From a virus, in the IMG/VR virus record IMGVR_UViG_3300032286_001377, positions 32,001-96,000 of that record: 64,000 nt of DNA. One strand, written 5' to 3'. A program made the translations under genes and the position numbers. This document shows, in pieces, positions 59,501 through 64,000 of the stretch. Position 1 is the first letter of the stretch, and each line of letters starts with the position of its first letter. The notes under the pieces were generated by a model, which worked only from the letters and a program-made list of their open reading frames with translations, searched no databases and was not told where the DNA came from.

Positions 59501-60224
59501 GAAGAATCATTGTAGTCATGGACTTTACTGATTCAGTAGTAAAGTCAGCAACAACATCTACAGGATTATACCATTTTGTTTTAGGCTTTCCCTCTTCACG
59601 CTTACCAAAAACGGGATCTACAATAGCTTTTTGGCCAATATAAAAAGCCGGTAACTCATACGGCATTCTTCTTCCAGCTCTAACTAACCTTTGCTGAAGT
59701 TCATCCCTATATTGCCAAACTGCTGTTGGTGAACCAAATCCACTTTTATTGCCAGCTAATCGACGTTCTTCTTTGGTTAAAAATCCAAAACCAAATCTTT
59801 CACTAGATACACCATCATATCCTGTTGTTAATTTATCCGTACCATAAACTAACTTGCTATATGGATTGCTCTCACCATCAACATATCTACTTACGCCTTC
59901 AAGTTCATCAAGGTGTCTGCGAATTTGCTTTCCAGTTTGCACTGCTCTAGTAACAACATCTGGAGCAGTCTTGTTCGCAACTTTTTCTTCTGCAAACTTG
60001 ACTAACTTAAGACCGCCCTCTTTTACCACCTTAGAGAGTACTGCTGCGACAGCCATTGTTGCCGCCGATGTAGCAACAAAGCGCATAAGGGGATGGTCGT
60101 TTAGAGCTCTTGATATAAAACCAGAATTAGGTGCATCGCCCTCATCTTCGCCCTCCTGTATAGGGACATCGCGAGACATGACGCCATTACCTAAATTATA
60201 TAAAGGTCCAGGATCTCTTATCAA
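53583..60224 (-). CDS. Tape measure-like protein
   Basis: 2213 aa, mostly helical-looking with several Ala/Gly-rich hydrophobic segments; directly follows tube and chaperone genes; TTG start with AGGA RBS. Confidence 0.7.
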   Translation of the reverse strand: MIRDPGPLYNLGNGVMSRDVPIQEGEDEGDAPNSGFISRALNDHPLMRFVATSAATMAVAAVLSKVVKEGGLKLVKFAEEKVANKTAPDVVTRAVQTGKQIRRHLDELEGVSRYVDGESNPYSKLVYGTDKLTTGYDGVSSERFGFGFLTKEERRLAGNKSGFGSPTAVWQYRDELQQRLVRAGRRMPYELPAFYIGQKAIVDPVFGKREEGKPKTKWYNPVDVVADFTTESVKSMTTMILPFEAAGAAGTTLKSSIHTLKYAESDIRSLTPARQKLHQNFVNVSEVLAEVGHDFASLTNKLLKKGAQTSGAFNAAATEFRTQESGFVQTLHNLRAGWDKAQEKALLTNSSKAELRKTQFKNLFTGYSDGQQKYGSAIDLIPAFRGTSSAISVGVKEFKGLGEAYDAMQSPMAFKKVIDNSRIFTGNNGQNALAESIKKIQSQHSSRLSNLAKDIRILGGGGPGSETFAKSQFNNGMQTDAYKDLLEKQLINKGINKRDAERFIAHLEVSIPGSTSDMTKIVSIGKAQILEQGSTAKSESEDFFGQIIKRYSQIKGSKNLVENPNFNADALADAIERSRNAFTSTEFQKRLNNRIANSWNKFQREDLHQAAGGILKPKKALYQDFIGEPTDAKLEFMQRKTAETLGIKLTHQNGQMVTNDMVLDQLRNRGIDPSNFTDLRAFLIKNKKMTSGVFSGGQNLFGLQQVTIDEAQDRGMFKHIPDEDQAIIRQLAGRMAIQDPVSKSIGLSRLDGVYKSGRGEILDFTALRSTASSIGNFLASEFKIPILGFNPTDLVGYNSFKEMYRRPSVQYISSRSVQPFLEEGAVRPDFYMFNRTKGLKGAVTAFRTDENTGELVSETLKGSYRALPTNAMDLLTRHTRYASDLQGANPEQIREELNSNFLNRILSPSGQDRMLKIRDRMAVSSDQPNSIFGQLSRFRRRNYDPYNPEVMSRLLAGEEIAIPGARGAAKTSGRLTTMPDGSISLVDRSNNIISGFQEADLIRAYSSLRDRTLSEAGMPVKLMKELEDKTPDLFTFRGKGVSEIQSHQDLIDFGRQIEKTQSQLARQLRSSGQDPTPILSSASRMSRLMDEADLSAVSMMAQKSPTISTKYDELKNEIFRYIAQSNQLTSGSVNKDEIFIKIQTAVDDLVKSGAISPAQRTEAQAAGLGTLFNLSSYMSYKQGDSNIQSARLAITQAMGLSSAPGAKSLYDPFIKGDIAQIGGSIRKRFSPLLTPAKRAFGTAPYRPDSMTTDPLGSGQYTTLVPTFGTVFGRNPQGAIKSALGLTTYSDPESFSLASVPASQGVERLNRYFGTLGMQLDVSKFNGPLDLFARGMAGKRVLPLYAAGTAAMTIDRTMGGMVNEKDENGERVYSPLVLGTAAKVGVEAHAAAAGLIPGGMSYQEKREQLVEGEVPIRQGRFWPLGNTPFKGGKIMYYRPSWYRKLQGGAMFTSDTYGSPAEKFLFDNDISPLRPLDPYRFERKHYEDRPYPVTGEYFSGPFGPLVPIANATLGRILKPQKIMHGEELTAGLASYAPAGQFGAYDATAYTSSTQVGGYGGGGGYGGGGYGGGFGFGGGSSGFGGGGYQGQYNSDMASRAGSTFMARGMTRNKISDINSGYSQLAYGPPKVSKVMNPRIVPSGTPLMPGRSEFQATEAGYRAQEMLGIYGFAFGSARESLGFGKSDLDPQRAVLQSASKAYGSSRAFWDLNLGGLGDVPIGGSEGIGNIEFSEIVRRFIPKDRTGVDYLNPIQNRMGKENPWLPGAEYYMNFRTGDPFTKVQEGELRLPGVAYERFNKLHPDETGRYGLIDQLNILGDVAPYSQQFKRVNSLINKKALTPEEKVEVATIRQQAEDTTVRHDFSEYKYKYSSPEEAAMHPIKFGMGRIGEMLAHSDNFILTKAIGKRTALEDWERSNVYGTTFPQWQNPVESYIKPMLQESTQRNPLLASAALATTGAFFGRTPRAKLFGTVVGGAAGALSSTGGKVQEFISGERYIPKKRKEELALEEYSDILSYVKNTRLANMASASGDMAAATQFRSAARRTMYGANIDNPNVENLSFALPKRKREHFKAMMDAPVQERGKILSTAGRLERRMYEAAWGMDVEKLPDLDEYFTSHELPSEDWEGWNPNTNLDQVKIKTGQHMGLDMSQMGYYPQQIKEANLANASYPDFFGTSSRGDIRARLERLMAGTGVTGTITPVSTPFGSQQISVSAGVR
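55470..55566 (-). repeat. Gly-rich low-complexity coding tract
   Basis: Encodes GGYGGGGGYGGGGYGGGFGFGGGSSGFGGGGY within the tape-measure ORF. Confidence 0.85.
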
Positions 60225-60237
60225 TTTAAAATCCTAT

Positions 60238-60867
60238 CTATTTCATTCCCCATAGTTTTTGAGCGATTGGGTCCTCATATGCTGCTTCGCCTTCTTTCTT
60301 AGAAAGGTTATGCCGAGCTGCTCGTACCTTCTCTTTTTCTTCTTCTTCTTCAGGATCAATTAACTGCAAAGTAAGATCAGTGGACTGAATGCCATTAATT
60401 CCCTGTTTAATTTCTATAATCTTTTCTGCAAGAGCGACTTTTTCAGCCAGTTCACTAAAAGTCATATTCTCTAAATCCTCTGGAGAATAAGAAGCAATAG
60501 CTGCCAACACAAAAGCCTTCATAATATTTTTAACTTCAGATGCTTCAGCTCTTTTTAAGTCTAATGTTTGCTTAGCAATCTTTGCTGAAGTTATTCCAGA
60601 TAAATCTAAAATATCTTGAGCAAGCGAGGAAACATTGCCGGGTGGAATTTTATATATATCAAAATCTTCTGGATAGATAATTCCAAAAGATAAAATTAAA
60701 TCTTCTAAATCGGCAGAAGAGGAATCATCTAGATCTTGATATGACAATACCTGACTATATTCTTTAAAGGTCAACTCTCTAAAAATAAGAGTAATATTCT
60801 TTATATCTACAGAATATATATTTCCATACTTTTTCTTAAAATTAAAAATTAATTCAGAATCAATCAT
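60238..60867 (-). CDS. Tail assembly chaperone-like protein (second paralog)
   Basis: FKKKYGNIYSV...IFRELTFKEY...PGNVSSLAQDILDLSG, similar to the upstream 176-aa ORF; precedes the tape measure. Confidence 0.65.
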   Translation of the reverse strand: MIDSELIFNFKKKYGNIYSVDIKNITLIFRELTFKEYSQVLSYQDLDDSSSADLEDLILSFGIIYPEDFDIYKIPPGNVSSLAQDILDLSGITSAKIAKQTLDLKRAEASEVKNIMKAFVLAAIASYSPEDLENMTFSELAEKVALAEKIIEIKQGINGIQSTDLTLQLIDPEEEEEKEKVRAARHNLSKKEGEAAYEDPIAQKLWGMK

Positions 60868-60869
60868 TT

Positions 60870-61400
60870 CTACAATTGTCTTACCTCAAGAGCTACGAAA
60901 CCTGAAGCCTCTAAAACCTCTTGCGAAATCAAAGAAGGTAGGCCAGCCATGGCTCCCGATAAAGATCCACCATCAAGCTTGGGGTAAAGAATGCACAACT
61001 CCGCAATAGCTTCTTCGTTCCACATGTTTGCTTCAGCAGAACTCAACTGTCCACCCTGAATAAGCTGTTCCATCTTCTTAACAATCTGCTTATATTCCAA
61101 TCTTGACAAGACTCTCCATACCACATGCTTATCAAATGTGATTGAAGTAACATATACGTCCTCATACTGCTGCTTCCATGCCTTAATCATTCCAGCCGTA
61201 GGACCACCATCCCATATTAATTCATCATCATCTAGATCTTCAACAGACTGTGCTTGATCGTCATCAAAATCACTGTCATCGCCAACCTGCACCTCTACAG
61301 TGCCATCATCTGACATTGTAAAACTAGCAATGTCGTCATACTCTAACTTATCTGCAGCCTCAGGAGTATCTACTACTGAAACTTTTCTTTGATTAGCCAT
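60870..61400 (-). CDS. Tail assembly chaperone-like protein (first paralog)
   Basis: WKQQYEDVYV...WRVLSRLEY...AGLPSLISQEVLEASG; acidic N-terminus; AGGAG RBS. Confidence 0.65.
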   Translation of the reverse strand: MANQRKVSVVDTPEAADKLEYDDIASFTMSDDGTVEVQVGDDSDFDDDQAQSVEDLDDDELIWDGGPTAGMIKAWKQQYEDVYVTSITFDKHVVWRVLSRLEYKQIVKKMEQLIQGGQLSSAEANMWNEEAIAELCILYPKLDGGSLSGAMAGLPSLISQEVLEASGFVALEVRQL

Positions 61401-61456
61401 TATTATCTCCTAAAATATTTTTTTATTATACATGATATCAAAAACACATAATTTAA

Positions 61457-62374
61457 TCAACTCTTAAACCCAGTAACAGTAGAGCCAGTGCTTGTATTGG
61501 TCGGCGCATCACTATCTGAATTATTTCTTGCTTGCAAACTCTTAACAAAACCAAGATCTGCTTGACTATAATAGTAGTCTCTAGCGATGAATTGATAACT
61601 CTCAGCTAATGGCTGTCCACCAGGGGTGTAAGCTGTAGCCATACTCATCAACTGCACTTGTTGCAATATTATTTTCATTGGACTAACAATATTATCAACC
61701 CTAACACTGCGCTCGTTTACGTCAGAATAGATCATTCTATCCAAATCGTCTGTTATCACATAAGACTCTGATTTAAGTGAATTAAAAGGAGTAAGTGCAG
61801 TTTCTTCAACTCCATACAAGATCACAAAATTAAAAGGCGGATGCGCACTAAATATATTTTTTTCTCCACCAGATCCTGCTGGATCTAAAGTAATTCTATC
61901 TAATTGGTTATATGCCCAGTATTTTTGTATATTCTTTTCATCATCAGTAGAGCCGTATTGTGACCCCAACTTAGAAACTATTGACTGATCACTACTTCTA
62001 TCAGATGGATTAGTAGCCCTAGCTTTTGCTGCTCTTTCTAAAAAGTCTGTCATTCTTCTGGGATATCTACTAAAAATAGTGAATTCTCCAGAAATTAATC
62101 TTGTACCATACATGATGGCATCATAATTGTACGACCAAAATCCATAAAGTGGTTGCTTCTCTTGTTTAATCGTATAAGCAAACGAAGCTAAATCTAATTC
62201 ATCTTCTGGATTAAAAAGTCCATCTATAAACACCTTAACATCTTCACCACTAAAATAATAGTCATAATAATTACTAAAACGAGTATCGTTATCAGATGCT
62301 GTGCCAGCCCATTTAAGATCTATGTCTTTATCTAATGGATTGAAAATAGGGGGAGTAGGTTTTTTATTAGCCAT
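61457..62374 (-). CDS. Tail tube-like paralog
   Basis: FSGED, QEKQPLYG, GTRLISGEF and PPFNF match the motifs of the 224-aa tube protein. Confidence 0.7.
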   Translation of the reverse strand: MANKKPTPPIFNPLDKDIDLKWAGTASDNDTRFSNYYDYYFSGEDVKVFIDGLFNPEDELDLASFAYTIKQEKQPLYGFWSYNYDAIMYGTRLISGEFTIFSRYPRRMTDFLERAAKARATNPSDRSSDQSIVSKLGSQYGSTDDEKNIQKYWAYNQLDRITLDPAGSGGEKNIFSAHPPFNFVILYGVEETALTPFNSLKSESYVITDDLDRMIYSDVNERSVRVDNIVSPMKIILQQVQLMSMATAYTPGGQPLAESYQFIARDYYYSQADLGFVKSLQARNNSDSDAPTNTSTGSTVTGFKS

Positions 62375-62375
62375 G

Positions 62376-63122
62376 TTACGGTTTTACAATCTCATCCACA
62401 GTATTGAACTGATAAAGCTTAGCAAGATTTGTCATAACCTTATCTCCAAATACATTCTGCATGTTTTTAGATATTTGTATATTTCTATCTTTTAACGCAG
62501 GATCCAAAGTAGAAGAATCAGCGTCTTTGCCTGGATCCATTTTCACCATCGGCTGTATTCCTCTTGCCATATACGTATATGTTTGTTCTGTTATTAAGTC
62601 ATCAATAGATATTGTTTGACCTTCATCGACAATTGTTACTCCAAAAATTTTCATCTTTGAACCTTGACCATATTCATTGAAAAAGCTAACAACGATATCA
62701 AAAGGAGGCAACATGTCGGCAAGCGGTGCAAAGAAGCCATTTTTCTTTGCTAGGTAATCTTGATATTGAGATATCCTATAGAATACATATTCATTAAAAA
62801 CAGTAAAAATTAAACTGCCAGCAATAGTTCTTCCACCCTTAATAAAACCACGAGGATTCACATGGCCTAAAGTTCGAACAGGAGAATTCTCTCTGTGAAT
62901 AGAATAAGACAAAGTTTGAAGTTCGCCCAATACCAGTGTCTCTCCAGTACCAGTCATCTTTCCATCTTGTCCAAAATTTGGAATAATAATTGTAGCTACC
63001 GCATCAACACCAGAAAATGAAATATTCTTTAAAGCGTAAGCTGGATTATAGTTACCCTTTTCCTCAACTTGTTCAGGGGGAGGAATTGTTTGAGTAGGTT
63101 TACCAATGAAAATCTTTGCCAT
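62376..63122 (-). CDS. Tail tube-like paralog
   Basis: FSGVD, RENSPVRTLG, GGRTIAGSLIFTVF, PPFDI..F.NEYGQ, SIDDLITEQTYTYMAR. Confidence 0.75.
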   Translation of the reverse strand: MAKIFIGKPTQTIPPPEQVEEKGNYNPAYALKNISFSGVDAVATIIIPNFGQDGKMTGTGETLVLGELQTLSYSIHRENSPVRTLGHVNPRGFIKGGRTIAGSLIFTVFNEYVFYRISQYQDYLAKKNGFFAPLADMLPPFDIVVSFFNEYGQGSKMKIFGVTIVDEGQTISIDDLITEQTYTYMARGIQPMVKMDPGKDADSSTLDPALKDRNIQISKNMQNVFGDKVMTNLAKLYQFNTVDEIVKP

Positions 63123-63132
63123 ATTTCACCTA

Positions 63133-63176
63133 TAAAAAATAATACGCACGAGAGCATTTGCCCCCGTGCGTATTAT
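63133..63176 (-). terminator. Intrinsic terminator after the sheath-tube genes
   Basis: Minus strand ATAATACGCACG-GGGGCAAATGCTCT-CGTGCGTATTAT (12-bp perfect arms plus a GU-containing inner stem) followed by a T run. Confidence 0.85.
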
Positions 63177-63195
63177 AGTAACGATTAAGCTAGTA

Positions 63196-63870
63196 TTATG
63201 GTCTAATTATCTCAGGATTTAGACCAGCTGGCTGAATATTGGTAAGATTGGCTCCAGCCTGAACATCAAGCAAGGAGTCAGTATTGATGGTATACATTGG
63301 GCCAAGTTCTCTGGCTACATATGTCATTGTCTCTTCGATAACAATGTCATCCATCGAAGCGCCAGAGCCTTCATTCAAAAGCTCTACGCCATAGATGGAA
63401 CGTACTGCAGACTGACCATATTCGTTCACAAAAGTTATTGTGATATCGAATGGTGGAATCTGGTCAGCGTAGTACGGAACCTTCTTAGAAACACTCACGC
63501 CATCAGTATTTACATCGGCTATACCGCGAGACTTGAACGTGGTATCGCCAGGTAGGGCGTTATGTGATCTGGTGTAGAACCATTGCTGAGTATCGCCACT
63601 CTGGTGATTCACTTCCAACATCTTATAAAGTGCTGGACGATCAAATACGGTGAAGATGAGAGATCCAGCTATACCACGCTTACCTCTTGAGAAGGAACGA
63701 GGATTAGGTGAACCCATTGTGTAGATAGGGGCCTTTTCTCTTGTTACAGAGAAAGTAATTCCAGAAAGCGCACCAATCGATACACCACCAAAGGTAGCTA
63801 CGATATCGGCTCCTGAAAATGTAGTATAAGTATTAAGATACTTATTTACTGGTGAATAGTCATCTGCCAT
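63196..63870 (-). CDS. Major tail tube protein (probable)
   Basis: Immediately after the sheath; GGAGG RBS; followed by a terminator; FSGAD, REKAPIYTMG, GKRGIAGSLIFTVF, PPFDI. Confidence 0.75.
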   Translation of the reverse strand: MADDYSPVNKYLNTYTTFSGADIVATFGGVSIGALSGITFSVTREKAPIYTMGSPNPRSFSRGKRGIAGSLIFTVFDRPALYKMLEVNHQSGDTQQWFYTRSHNALPGDTTFKSRGIADVNTDGVSVSKKVPYYADQIPPFDITITFVNEYGQSAVRSIYGVELLNEGSGASMDDIVIEETMTYVARELGPMYTINTDSLLDVQAGANLTNIQPAGLNPEIIRP

Positions 63871-63898
63871 TTTTATTTACCCTCCAATCGGTATTAAA

Positions 63899-64000
63899 TT
63901 ACAATGTAATGGCGACCTGGACTTCGATTGTCTTAAGTTCGAAGGCAGGAGTTAAAACGAGGTCAATTATTGCCTTGTTTTGTGATGGCACATATGTGAC
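63899..64000 (-). CDS. Tail sheath protein, C-terminal fragment
   Basis: Translates as VTYVPSQNKAIIDLVLTPAFELKTIEVQVAITL*, a typical sheath C-terminus; directly upstream of the tube gene. Confidence 0.7.
   Translation of the reverse strand, partial: VTYVPSQNKAIIDLVLTPAFELKTIEVQVAITL

Noticed and set aside
60860-60930. Programmed -1 frameshift between the chaperone genes
   Set aside because: No clear X XXY YYZ slippery site near the first stop; the second ORF has its own ATG and is a full paralog
61401-61456. Sigma70 promoter upstream of the first chaperone gene
   Set aside because: TATAAT is present, but there is no -35 at 16-18 nt and no extended -10, in very AT-rich DNA
1020-62495. Short plus-strand ORFs and alternative-frame minus-strand ORFs in the track
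   Set aside because: Nearly all are antisense or out-of-frame shadows of long, motif-bearing minus-strand genes, with no recognisable motifs
1-64000. tRNA, rRNA, CRISPR array, IS element, or stop-codon recoding
   Set aside because: Intergenic gaps are short and show none of these; standard-code ORFs tile the window densely

Overview
This 64 kb AT-rich window comes from a large contractile-tailed (myovirus-type) phage, and all credible genes lie on the minus strand. In transcription order (right to left) it encodes the tail sheath C-terminus, three tail-tube paralogs, two paralogous tail-assembly chaperones, a 2213-aa tape-measure-like protein, a 1661-aa protein, and a small basic protein. 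Next come a 3674-aa hub-like protein, a two-domain tail lysin, spike/gp25/baseplate-J genes and an interposed metallophosphoesterase. These are followed by two giant baseplate/fibre proteins, a cassette of paralogous fibre-like proteins, two small membrane/holin genes, a sigma70-type promoter, a hypothetical gene and class II ribonucleotide reductase (nrdJ). The holin and membrane proteins resemble actinobacteriophage families, so an actinobacterial host is inferred. The top finding is the 1661-aa ORF coupled to the tape measure. It carries the motif set of single-chain two-barrel RNA polymerases, but with a non-canonical GGFDLDD metal motif and the RxP motif placed after it, making it a candidate permuted virion RNA polymerase. 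Other findings are a staphylococcal-nuclease domain fused to the hub protein, Russian-doll nesting of LamG domains in a fibre, the same LamG cassette inserted in a second structural protein, about 21 [AST]TP motifs in that protein, and a candidate late-promoter motif. All assignments come from reading motifs by eye; no searches were run.
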